A stretch of DNA of 64,000 nucleotides, from assembly GCA_043228905.1 (NCBI GenBank), contig JBHGNT010000016.1:7254001-7318000 (forward strand), read 5' to 3'. This DNA is from Azolla caroliniana. Lineage: Eukaryota > Plantae > Polypodiophyta. The notes beneath the pieces are model-generated. The model was not told the origin of the DNA and did not search any database. It saw only the letters and a program-made list of their open reading frames with translations. Positions 25,801 through 36,490 of this stretch are shown piece after piece (the stretch's first letter is position 1; each line of letters opens with the position of its first letter). Made by a program: the position numbers and the translations under genes.

Positions 25801-28125
25801 TCCAGGAAATGCATCTTCCTTGGATATGGATCCAACGGCGAAATGGGATACCGACTCTGGGACCCCGAACGCAGACAAATCGTCCGAAGTTCGGACGTTG
25901 TGTTCAACGAGTCGGCTATGAATCCATCAGTCGAAAAACCGATCGAAGTCCGAAGGGTAACATTTTCCGATGTGCCGACCCTTCAAGAAGGCCCCGCTCT
26001 CAACACACGGTCAGCTTCACGGGTAGCTGAACCTTACACTACCGACTCGGCACAGCAGAACAATCCGCTTTCGGACCATCCGACCTCGATACCCGATGCG
26101 AGCAGTCCAATCATACCTCGACGATCCGAGAGACTGTCGCAACCTCCGGAGAGGTACTCTCCTGGAATTTTCTTCACCGACGCCGGCGAACCGACGTCTT
26201 ACGAAGAAGCATCGACATCTGTCGATTCAGCCACCTGGCATCTGGCGATGGAGTCGGAAATGCACTCCATTCGGGCAAACAAGACTTGGGATCTGGTAGA
26301 ATTACCTAGGAACCGACGTGCTCTTCCTTGCAAGTGGGTTTATCGACTAAAAGAGACGTCTGATTCGACCACCCCAAAGTACAAGGCCAGATTAGTTGCG
26401 AAGGGCTTCCGACAAGAATATGGCGTCGACTTCGACGAGATTTTTTCACCAGTGGTGAAAATGACAACCCTTCGTTTTCTGCTCGGCGTAGTGGCAGCCG
26501 ACAACTTGGAGCTGATTCAGCTAGATGTCAAAACAGCATTCCTCCATGGTGATCTTGAAGAGGAAATTTATATGGAGCAGCCAAAAGGCTTCGTGGCAAC
26601 TAGCCAAGAACATCTAGTCTGCCGACTCAGGAAGAGTCTATACGGCCTCAAACAGGCACCGCGACAATGGTACAAGAAGTTCGACGACTTCATCCAATCG
26701 ATCGGCTTCTCAAAAAGCGATGAGGACCATTGTCTCTTTACCAACACAGCTCAAGATGGATCACCCATCTTCCTCATCATTTACGTGGACGACATGCTAA
26801 TTTCTGGACGCCACGCGGGCGAACTTGCCGATCTCATTCGGCAATCGCGGTTGAAGTTTGCCATGAAGGACCTCGGTCCGGCACGACACATCCTTGGCAT
26901 GAAGATTAGTCGGCATCGCGATAAACGACATCTTTTTCTGTCCCAGACCGACTATATCCGACGTGTCTTAGAACGCTTCAACATGCAATCAGCCAAATCT
27001 GCTTCAACCCCGCTCCCCATGAATCTTCGGCTCTCTCAGCGAGACTGCCCGACATCCGGTCCGGAGGGGGAAGATATGAAGTCGGTACCGTATGCACCGG
27101 CAGTCGGCTCCCTTATGTACCTGATGGTCGCGACACGGCCTGATATTTCTCATGCCGTAGGAGTCGTTAGCAGATTTATGCACAATCCTGGCCGATCGCA
27201 TTGGAACGCAGTCAAGCATGTGTTCAGATATCTGGCTGGCACAAAAGACCATGGCATTCTTTTCGGTCCGAACCGAACCTCAGGCGTAGTCGGCTACACC
27301 GACTCGGACTTTGCCGGCTGTATAGACAGTCGGAAATCAACAACCGGATACTGCTTCAAATTCGGCAATGGAGCAATCTCGTGGAAGTCGAAACTTCAGG
27401 AGTGCACAGCGACCTCAACGACCGAAGCAGAATATGTAGCTGCGTCCGACGCAGCAAAAGAAGCTTTGTGGCTCGGTCGGCTGGCGCACACGTTTCGACA
27501 AGTCGACCATGACTCGGCTCCAGTTGTCTACAGCGACAGTCAAGGTGCTGTTGCCTTGTCGAAAAATCCGGTTCACCACAACGCCTCCAAACATATCGAC
27601 GTTCGATATCACTTCGTTCGGGACTGCGTCATTTCAGGGAAAATCGGTCTAGAGAAAATATCCACAACCGACAATGTCGCAGATGGAATGACCAAGTGTC
27701 TTTCGGCAGACCGCTTTCGGTCTCTTCGGCATCAGATGGGCGTAACGACAAACCAGTCCGGTTAGAGCCGGACACAGAGCAGGATGGTTCCCGACAACCG
27801 ACATCAGTTCCTTAATGATCGGCTTCAACTGTTCCGACCCGACCAGTTCGGTCTTCTGCCTTCGGACCCTGCCGACTCGAACAAAGCTGATATGTCCGAG
27901 AACCTAAGTCTATACCTGTAATCTTAGATAATCCATGTATACGCCCATTACGGGGGAGTGTCGAATACATGTGTATAATGGACGTATTCACATTATCCCG
28001 TTTTGGCCATTTATGTAATTAGCATAAAGGGTAGTTGCCCTAAGTCGGTCACTATATATAGTGACCTTGTAACCTTTTTGTAAGGTTGGATGTTGTATTA
28101 TTGTTCTATTGAATAGAAAGTCTTT

Positions 28126-28173
<48 letters not shown>

Positions 28174-28261
28174 CAACGACCTAGTAACAGCCATACGCAG
28201 GTACAGAGAAGGAACGAATGCTTCTTGATCTTCCGCACTGACGGCCCCTTGTCTCCCAACA
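22896..28261 (+). mobile_element. Intact, young Ty1/copia retrotransposon; LTRs 22896-23178 and 27959-28261
   Basis: TG...CA LTRs that appear identical apart from the (CT)n tract; TSD AAGAC at 22891-22895 and 28262-28266; PBS tggtatcagagc 23181-23192; PPT gggggag 27952-27958. Confidence 0.97.
23767..27765 (+). CDS. Copia gag-pol polyprotein (~1332 aa), uninterrupted
   Basis: CNYCKKPGHIKADC; LLDSGAS; HSDVCGP...TDNGGEF...NGIAER; LDVKTAFLHG; YVDDML; KHIDVRYHF. Confidence 0.97.
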   Translation: MASTSGSSEMSLRKFDGSNFNFWKEQMQDYLIVKGQIDPIENEEPPEGYKPIEWQKLDRIVRATIRMHLSESVYFTVQSCTTAFELWKTLSDTYEKKVAATKMFLIRRLYNLRMKESDSVQAHLNEYESISSQISSQGTAIEDELRAMILMSSLPSSWETFVTTVCNASTTAVKYSEVTSAILTEAARRKSFAKDSTDDAYVVQGSTDRSNTRGRDSSRPPNNQRRRSQSRDNRTCNYCKKPGHIKADCRALKNKNNKKSGRHEEINYVSSSADVLPDDPNILSIENPVGSEVLLTTEESSTWLLDSGASFHVTPHRSQFRQYAIRHSDSVRVGNSQHCDIIGIGTVELNLAGGSTLVLHNVRHVPELSRPLISVGQLDEDGIRAGFSSGGWTLHRGNLLLARGPKIHSLYPLHVTLREGNLFLVDIPVSSLWHRRLGHLSKAGITHLSRAGYIPKLSFSDHQFCEHCQYGKQAAASHPTSAPRETRPLDLVHSDVCGPMPHQSLGGASYFVTFIDDSTRKVWAYPIRTKDRVFSIFSDWLAMVENQTDRKLKCFRTDNGGEFKSEEFVKFCRQRGIRREFTAPHSPEQNGIAERMNRTIQERIVSMLQHSGLSDGFWAEALLTAVHIINMSPSRPLGLQIPQELWIGSKPNYDKLRIFGCEAYALIPKDDRRKLAPRSRKCIFLGYGSNGEMGYRLWDPERRQIVRSSDVVFNESAMNPSVEKPIEVRRVTFSDVPTLQEGPALNTRSASRVAEPYTTDSAQQNNPLSDHPTSIPDASSPIIPRRSERLSQPPERYSPGIFFTDAGEPTSYEEASTSVDSATWHLAMESEMHSIRANKTWDLVELPRNRRALPCKWVYRLKETSDSTTPKYKARLVAKGFRQEYGVDFDEIFSPVVKMTTLRFLLGVVAADNLELIQLDVKTAFLHGDLEEEIYMEQPKGFVATSQEHLVCRLRKSLYGLKQAPRQWYKKFDDFIQSIGFSKSDEDHCLFTNTAQDGSPIFLIIYVDDMLISGRHAGELADLIRQSRLKFAMKDLGPARHILGMKISRHRDKRHLFLSQTDYIRRVLERFNMQSAKSASTPLPMNLRLSQRDCPTSGPEGEDMKSVPYAPAVGSLMYLMVATRPDISHAVGVVSRFMHNPGRSHWNAVKHVFRYLAGTKDHGILFGPNRTSGVVGYTDSDFAGCIDSRKSTTGYCFKFGNGAISWKSKLQECTATSTTEAEYVAASDAAKEALWLGRLAHTFRQVDHDSAPVVYSDSQGAVALSKNPVHHNASKHIDVRYHFVRDCVISGKIGLEKISTTDNVADGMTKCLSADRFRSLRHQMGVTTNQSG

Positions 28262-28402
28262 AAGACCTCGTCATATTTCACTCACAAGAGCGTACAGAGC
28301 GTACAGAGCACACAGAACGTAGAGAGCACACAAAGCACACAGAGCACACAGAGCACAAAGCACGAAAGCGCGATCTCCGCCTCCACTTCCACACGATCAA
28401 CC

Positions 28403-31400
28403 ATGTCTTCAAAGAGAATCGAGCGCGAGGACTCTAGGTAGGCCTCTGACACTGTGGACATTTTTGTAAATATGTTTCGTCGCTCAAGAACTGGATACGC
28501 CGTATCGAGTTCATGTATACAATACAAACTTTATACATGAACTCGATACGGCGTATCGAGTTCATAATTTGTTTTTGCTTTTTAAACGGGAACTCGATAC
28601 GGCGTATCAAGTTCCTGTTTAAAACCTACACTTTAAACAGGAGCTCGATACGGCGTATCGAGTTCCCATTTAAAACCTAAACATTAAACAGGAACTCGAT
28701 ACGCCGTATCGAGTTCCTGTATAAAAGAAGGCTCTGAGAGAGAAAAATTGTGTTTTTGGGGTAACAAATAATTATGGGGTGGAAAAGATATCAAATTGTC
28801 TGGCAAAATCAGTCTTTTTTATGTTGACTTTCCTTACTTTTAAAAAAAAACATGCTCTAATTATAGGTGTTTTATGACCTACTTTAGCTTAAAATAGTAG
28901 AAAATGATCCACAAATTGCCTTTACGATAGCAAATTCTCCTCAATACAGGTTTGGAATCTATATAAGTCATACCTACTATTTAAACGAATATATAACCCT
29001 GTTTACTTATTACGATATATATTTTCTAGGTTGAATAGCCCTGCCTATAATAGATTTTTGAATATAGGATTGCTAGTGGGAACTGTTCTTCATGTTAATA
29101 TACAACCTTAATCTACGTGACTACCTAACTTATGTTTTTGCATATACTTTCTTAAATAGGTCGTTTGAGAACCTGTCGGACCGACCCGTGAAGAAAATAA
29201 AGCTTCGCATACAAGGTTCTCCAATCGAAGCCCAGACCAAGGTAGCTCCTGAGACCATGAAGAGAGGAAAAAAGCTTCTCTTTAACGAAGAGACAAAATC
29301 TCAGCCACATAATGATGTTAGCCAAAAGAAACTTGTCGCCACTACTGGAGGTGAAGACCTTCTTGACCGAGATCTAACGGACAAGGAATGGTGTATGCAA
29401 TATGTCGACTCAAAGAAAAAAGTCGTATTGTATACAGCAAAGAAGAAGGGTGAGGGGCAGCTTGGAAAGGAAACCCCATTTATGTATGGCCGTATTCTAC
29501 GATTTGACTACGAAGATGCAGATTCGGCCAACATACTGGTAATGATAGAGTGCTCCAAGGGGGTACGTAAAGTGTTCCTTTTAGAAGACCTTTTAGTAAA
29601 GGAATCTTGTGGGCTAGAAGCGTTCAAAAAAGCACTTGATAGCTCACAAAACCTTATTGTTACCTTGAGGCCTTATATACAAGGCCATGTAACTCTAAGA
29701 GATGAAGTGCCCTCCCCATTGAAGGCCACAAAAAGGGTATCCAAAGTCCAGTCAAGACCACCAAAGAAGAAGACAACCAAAATGTCGGATACGGATTCAA
29801 CAAGTGAAAACGAAGAGGAGGATAATAAGGGGACGCCAGGAGCTGAGCTGGCCTCGGGTGTTTTGTCATCCGAGCAGAATAAGATAAGGAGAGAGTTAAT
29901 GCAACGGAAACTGGTCAGGAAAGGGCAAGTATTTAATTTGCCTATAACACACATCCATCGGCCCCCTATTGATGAAAAAACAGGTCGACGACCACTTGAG
30001 ATTAGAGAGCCACACCGCATGCATGTTCAAAATCTCAAGAAAAAAATGAAAATTAATCCTCATGCCACTGTGGTGCCTTTTATTGTTATGGTAGATCCTG
30101 AAGAATGTGAAACCATTGAAGATTTTGATATTAGAAAGCATGATCAATATAATTATTTTGTCATTGGTGGATCGCATTCAGTAGAGGCACGTCGGCAACT
30201 TGTGAGAGAACATCCAACAACTTTCTTCTTCAAGTATGCCGAGTGCAAAATTTATGTTGGGCTCACAACCGAAGAGGCTAAGCTGTTGGCATGGGACCAT
30301 AATAATGATAATGACTATAGGCAGAAAATGTCGTCCATTGAGCGTATACGGTTCTTCCACCACGAGTATTTAGACGTGAAACAAAAGTTTGGTGTGAAGT
30401 TACATCCAGGCCTTCGACGTCAATGTCTGCATGAAGTCGGCATTGTGGTAGATGATAATGTTAGGTCCGAAGGTCTTCGAAAGTATGAGTCTTGGTTTCA
30501 ATTGGCGTTTAGAGATGGAGAAGTATGGAACCTACAAGATCAAATCTTCTCAATGTGGGAGAATAAGGAGGTAAAGGGTCAACGACAAAAGAAATGTAGG
30601 GTTGACCCTCAACTAGAGTTAAAGTCACAAGCCGCCAAGAAAATTGACTTGACAATTGAAGAAGCGGCAGACGACATGAAGCTGTCTCTATGGAGAGCGA
30701 TGCAAGGTATTAAGGACGAGCAGCTTCTTGTGTCGGGTTTGTCAAGGGTTGTGGCGAAAGATTTAAGCCTTGAAGAAATGGTCACTGAGTTCAATAAGTA
30801 AGTCTTTCAAATACTGAAATTGTAGTCTATCTGGTGTAATTCAAAGTTCTAATCTTGATTTCTAATTTTACAGTCATAAGGTGTACATGAAGATCCAAGA
30901 AGTTATGATGAAACAACTTGGATGTATAACTTGGGAACAAGTGACCAAGGATTATCCTCTAACGTCTTCGTATAAGGCGTTATCAGAGTATTTTATTGCA
31001 TTCAAGGATTGGGTTAGTATTCATGGTTTTTCATTGCCCTTTCATCATATGTAGAGCTTGTATAATAATACCTGATGTCCTATTGCTTCTATTAGAAACC
31101 GTGTCGAGGCAAGAAACAAGGAGAAGTTAAGGATATACACGATTTCCCTACATCCTTCCTTGCACATCTCGAGCGAGCCAGAAAAGAAAAGGAGCGTCGC
31201 TTAGTCAAGGCGTACGAAATGGAGGAAGATGGCTCCTTTAAAAAATTTAGCCACAAAAAAGATATTACGAGAGATCTTTACTACAATGTGGTTTGCGGTG
31301 ATGTCATCGACTTGATCCAGAAGGTGCCAAAGAAGGAATATACGCTAATGATTGCGGATATTCCTTACGGATTTCGAATGGCTGGGTCATCATACGACGA

Positions 31401-32385
31401 TGAACCGTTTAGGTTTAAACAATTGGAGAAGATGGTCAAGGATTTCGCTGAGCTAACGACCGCATCCTTGTGGCGAATAGTTGTCTTTCATAGTATGGAC
31501 CAAGGGTACTTGGTAGCTCAAGCTTTGAGATCTCGTTGCCATGGCATCGAGAACCTTGCATGGTAAGGATTATTTATAGGTGTCTTTCACTATATTGCAT
31601 TTCTTAAGGTTGTTGAATCTATTCTTAACTCGATGAATTATTTGTTATAGGATCAAGACCAATGTAAATAGAGGGCCAACTTTTCGGTTCGTTAATGCCA
31701 TTGAATACATAACGGTTGGCTACTTCGATGAAATTAAGAAACAGAGAATCAAAGAGCATTCTAATGAAGTGGGAGGTTCAAATCTGTTGGTATATCCAAC
31801 AGTGACACGGAAATTGCGACATGTCACCACGACAGAACGGGGACTTGTCAACCCATACCAAAAACCTCAACGACTTATGATGCGCTTGATCGAGATGTTT
31901 TCTGTTGAAGGAGACTGGATATTAGATCTCTTTTCTGGCACAGGTATTCCTCGAACTAGGGTAACGATCTTGAGATAACCAATCCCTTTTTTTTCGTTTG
32001 ACAACTAAATCTTCTTGTTACTTACGTCACAGGAACTACGTCTGCATGTGCATTGAAGCTGTTTAGAAATACAGTTGCATTGGAGAAGGACGAGGACCAA
32101 GTTATATTTATTAATATGCGGATTAAGGCTTTGTGGGAGTGCCCAGACCAGGATGAGGAGGTCGGTGCAAAGAACCTCGCCAATACAGAAAGGTTTCAAC
32201 CTGCTTCTTGAGAGCCTATTCCTCCATTAGCCGGCGAACCGGGGGAGCTAATAGAGCTTGATGATGAGCTTATAGAAGATATTTCGTTGGCTCGGCTAAC
32301 AGGGGAAACCAATGCACGTATAGCCGAAGACAGTTCTACACAAGATGATGAAGAAAATGACGTTGATGAATTGATTGCTATGTAA
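28403..32385 (+). CDS. Transposon-borne ParB/Srx-like + beta-class N4-cytosine/N6-adenine DNA methyltransferase; exons 28403-28437, 29160-30797, 30874-31012, 31096-31562, 31651-31943, 32033-32385; in-frame TGA at 32209-32211 after the MTase domain
   Basis: all five GT-AG introns join in frame; MTase motifs CGDVIDL...MIADIPYG (catalytic), W-I-K, NPYQKPQRLMMRLI, GDWILDLFSGTGTTSACA...RNTVALEKD (SAM-binding) in beta order; ParB/Srx-like IREP...PFIVMV...YFVIGGSHSVEARRQL...AWDHN. Confidence 0.88.
28488..28716. repeat. Array of five 25-bp palindromes GAACTCGATACG(C/G)CGTATCGAGTTC with 26-bp spacers, in intron 1 of the MTase gene
   Basis: copies start at 28488, 28539, 28590, 28641 and 28692 (exact 51-bp period), each with at most one mismatch to consensus. 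Confidence 0.95.
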
Positions 32386-33395
32386 TAGACTCTATGAAGA
32401 ATATGACACTGACGATTTGTTAAGATTTCACATTATTAATACAAATTTTGGGTTTTACCTAGTGGATTCTATTCTTTATAATCTCCTATATGTTTCAATT
32501 TTATTTTTATATACTTGATTAGTAGATTTATGACATTGGTTTCACCGCGTGCATAGCTGACTACCAAACTTATGGAGAAACATGAACTAGTTTAAATGGA
32601 GGCTGATTTTGGTCCAAGCTAACCTTAACAGAACATGGCCCTATAATTGTTGCCATGACTGTCCATGTTGTTATTATGGATCTTTGTCTTCTATTGTTAA
32701 AACTATTATGTTTCTATTCCATTGCTGCTTAGATTGTGTAGTGTGTTGATAATGGTTCCAGTTGCGTTATCGTTCGAAGTTTGATCTTGTGTGAATCACC
32801 TAAGCAATAGAGTAGATCAATTTTAAATACAGGTATGAAAGCCTAATAGGTTTGTTATTTCCACGACATTATCCTAAAGTTCACTGCCTTACATTGTCCA
32901 CAATTATAAACATATGGTTTGATCCCATATGAACAAACTGAGGAATAGATTAGATCAACTTTAAATACAAGTATTGAATACTTTAATAAGTTAGTTATTC
33001 CAATCACTTATCCTAATGTGCACTATCCTACATTTTCCACAATTACATACATGCACGTATGGGTCAAAGTATAAATTATATCTCATTTTATTAGTATGGA
33101 TACAAGTACACCTGATATTTTTGTAAAACTTACCTAATTAATATAAGTCTTTAAGTTAGTGTTTCCCTTGTCGCACAGTAGTGACATATTGAGCCATAGT
33201 TGAACTTTATTATGCCTACATTAACTTATCAACATGTCTAAACTTGCATGATTTCTAATGATCTCCACTCGTAGATCTATCATGTATTTTTATATTTGCA
33301 AATTCTCATCAAGTTGAGGAACATGTGATACTAGTGCATCCAATTTTTGTAGAGAGGGTGTATTTGCTTCGTTTTAAGAAGATTCTACAAGTGGA

Positions 33396-33431
33396 ATGCG
33401 CAATCCTTCCACTTGTGAATGCGAACGTGTT
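33396..33431 (-). repeat. Right terminal inverted repeat
   Basis: reverse complement is aacacgttcgcattcacaagtggaaggattgcgcat; the two differences from the left TIR are CpG-type transitions. Confidence 0.93.
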
Positions 33432-33734
33432 AATCACCAAGGAGGGTATCAAAGATGCAACCACTTGAGAGGCCCTATCCTGAACCAAGGAAGATGGACG
33501 TGTTATCGATGGCAAGAGTTCCTCTACAATGTGTCTGCTAATGGTTACTCTCTATTCCAAGACATTTTCACTTGTTCTTTGTATGGCATCACTCCAACCA
33601 CTTTCTCTCTATTACAAGACATTTTCACCTGTTCTTTGAATGACATTTTCTCTCTATTCCAAATAAAGAAACTACTCATGGTTTTAGCAACTATCCTTGA
33701 CATATTGAGGTCAAACATGATTCCAATCTTGCAT

Positions 33735-33807
33735 CGGTCATGGTGGGACTCGAACCCACAATCTCTTGCTCCGGAGGCAAGCGCCTTGTCCATTAGGCCA
33801 CATGATC
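33735..33807 (-). tRNA. tRNA-Arg(CCG) gene or near-intact copy
   Basis: GATCATG TGGCCTAATGGACAAGGCG CTTGC-CTCCGGA-GCAAG AGATT GTGGG-TTCGAGT-CCCAC CATGACCG; cloverleaf with one acceptor-stem mismatch. Confidence 0.8.
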
Positions 33808-34779
33808 AAGTGAACATTCTTGTTAACATATTGGACTCATTTAGATTGATTCAAGTGAACAATCTTTGATGATTCTTGTTTCCTTGAAATTTATGGTGCT
33901 ACAGTTAGTATAATATGTTATTACGAGAATAACCCAAAAGGATATGAAAGATGCAAGTGGTTTCAATTGAGGCCTTCAGTGATGGAAGACGGGTTTGTGA
34001 GTTGTATGCCTCCAAGTTTATAGATGATTTATATTTTACCTTAGCTTGAAATTTTTTAAAATAGATGGATGGGAAGAATTCCTCTCCAATGAGTCTAAGT
34101 CTAGTATGAAAAGAAAATTTTAAACATCTCATACTCTTGTGTACATTAACGCACAATGTCATCGAACATGATGGGACTTGAACCCACAATTCCTAGCCCT
34201 AGAGGAGGGTATATTAGGCCCCACACTCAAGGAATTAAAAACAAAGAATGGTTTCTATATCTAGGAGAAAAAGTTTAGAAAACAGTACATAATTGCATGT
34301 TACAAAGCCCTTCTTGTGGCTCATGCCATGGTTTCTCTCATGTTGAAGGACTTGATAATTCTAGGACATTTTAGCCTCTATCTCAACATGGCATTACACC
34401 CAAGTCCTGAATCCGGTAGCCACCTTTCTCAACCTTACTATACATTATTTGGCTATATACATACAACATTCCTACATGTTGACTTACTAGAATTAATATA
34501 TATGTCACAAGCTTGTGGATTTAAGTCAACCTCTCAATAAACTATGTTTTTGGGCACCATTGATCTAGTTATGTTAGTACCTAAAACACATCGATTGGTT
34601 GGTTGATTGGTCTTAACTTATAAACTATGCAAATCTGAAAGACTAATCAAATCACTGGTTGGTTGGTTGGTTTGATCCAGATTGGGCAGGGGACATTGAT
34701 TCTAATGGATCTATTGCCGGCTTTTCCTTTATAATGGTGGTAGGAGCAGCAATTACATGACAATACCAAAAACAAGAAT

Positions 34780-35080
34780 TTGTGACATATTCATTTGCAA
34801 GCATTGCCGAATTTGTAGAAGTAGAATTAGCTACTAATTAGGAACGACTATGGTTGCATACAGTATTAATGGAAATTCAATGATGCAAATCATTGCAAAT
34901 AAAGATTTTTTGGGACAATATATTGTGTATGTATTGGATAAAGAATCCAAACCAATGAGAAAATGAAGTATGTGGATTTAAATTGCCACCCTATAAAAGA
35001 GTTGGCCAAATCAAACAAAAGCTTAATTTCAAGTTTATATCGACAAATTGGTTGTGCTCATAAGTTTCTCCATACTTTCT
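34780..35080 (+). mobile_element. Highly decayed copia RNase H remnant
   Basis: KNP...MKYVDLNCHPIKEL resembles KNPVxHxRTKHIDxRYHFIRE. Confidence 0.45.
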
Positions 35081-36490
35081 CACCATATGATTTGTTGTTG
35101 CCATTGAACTTTGATTTCCTCTCAGCATTAGGGGCTTCTTTCTCTAAATTTTCAATGGAGTTTGAATGCATCTTGTATAGATTGTCCCCATCAATCTAGA
35201 CTTGACACTGTGGGACGAATCTAGTTATTTATCTTGTATGATGAATGGGTTATTTTCTATTTAATTGTATCATTATAAACTTCAAATTAAACCAAAAATA
35301 TATATAGAAAAAAGCCTTTACATTATTTGGTTACAAGACTTAATTTGCATTGGTAATTAGCCTTGAAGTAGTTAGGGCATTAATAATAATAAAATGTAAA
35401 CTCAACTATATCAATGTATTGTGTTTTGAGTACGGGACATGAAGGATTATTCGCTACCTTTCTTCGGTGGGGAACATGAAGGGATGCGGATGCATTGGGG
35501 GTGATTGGAATATAACAAAGAGAAGGGGGGGGGGGGGGGGGGGGGGGGTTAATTCCACAAGAAAATGCTACGATTAGTCGGATGTAGGTGGGCATGGAAT
35601 GAGAGTCCATGGAGCTAGTGGGTCACCATCAAGTATAGCTAGATACAATCAGCTCCACCTTTATAATGTAATCGGTCCGAATGCTCGAAAATTGCAGCTC
35701 TATCGATGATCCGTGGAGCTCTAGTGAGTGCTAAATTACGATCGACATTGCAACTACAACACAATCCTACCAATTTGTGTTAATCTTTGCATCCACACAA
35801 TGACATACATTATTCGAACATGTATCTTTTGTCAAGTGTGCATGCCTAACAATATTGTGAATTGTCGGAATCGTAGGATCTATGTTCCTCATATACATTG
35901 GCAATCGGCCATGCAACATAGCTCACTAGAACTCGGGATGTTGAAACATGACCCCACAACACCAACAATCCACGGTAGAAGGACCCAATAACTAATTGTC
36001 CACATTTGGAGGTATTTTTGAGTATTATGCTAGCTAGATTTCGAGAGGCATGTTGACCATGAATTCCTTGTGACACATGTTGATAACATCAAGTAAGGGC
36101 TATTATGTCAAACATACATCCAAGAAGCTGTTTTATGATCATATTATAGAACACCTAGTCCATAAGGGAAATGCTTTTTATTAACCCTTTACAACTACTA
36201 TTGGGGAAAATGTCCCCATGGAGACCTATCTAGAAACTTCGAAATGAATGTACGAGTCATTTGGTCATGATGAGTACAATATTTTGGAGGGATAGGGATA
36301 GCATTAGTGTGTGGAATTGTGGCTATGATAAAGTGGTACTTTGGATAAGGCCATCTTTTGTGTAGTGACAAAATCTCTCATCTTGCCATCTCGTCCCTTA
36401 TATATATCTCTCGCTCATTTTCATCATCGTCTTCTTCTTCTTTTCTCTTTTTCCGCTCTCCATAGAATCAATCGACAGAAATAACGAAGA

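Larger units (their letters stand above)
19053..33431. mobile_element. Two-gene Sola-like cut-and-paste DNA transposon (transposase plus ParB-like/amino-DNA-methyltransferase gene), with nested copia
   Basis: 36-bp TIRs (34/36 match); 4-bp TSD AATC at 19049-19052 and 33432-33435; empty-site paralog gttaagggAATCaccaagaagggtatcaaagatg at 18819-18852. Confidence 0.92.

Noticed and set aside
28488-28716. CRISPR array interpretation of the repeat-spacer structure
   Set aside because: Eukaryotic intron context, no cas genes, and spacers are AT-rich and partly related to one another; kept as a palindromic array.
29092-29159. ORF-track start MLIYNLNLRDY... for the 569-aa ORF
   Set aside because: It lies in the intron 1 branch/acceptor region; an in-phase upstream exon begins at ATG 28403.
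28403-32385. Bacterial contamination as the source of the methyltransferase
   Set aside because: Five in-frame GT-AG introns, enclosure by TIRs and TSD, and a nested plant copia show it is integrated in the plant genome.
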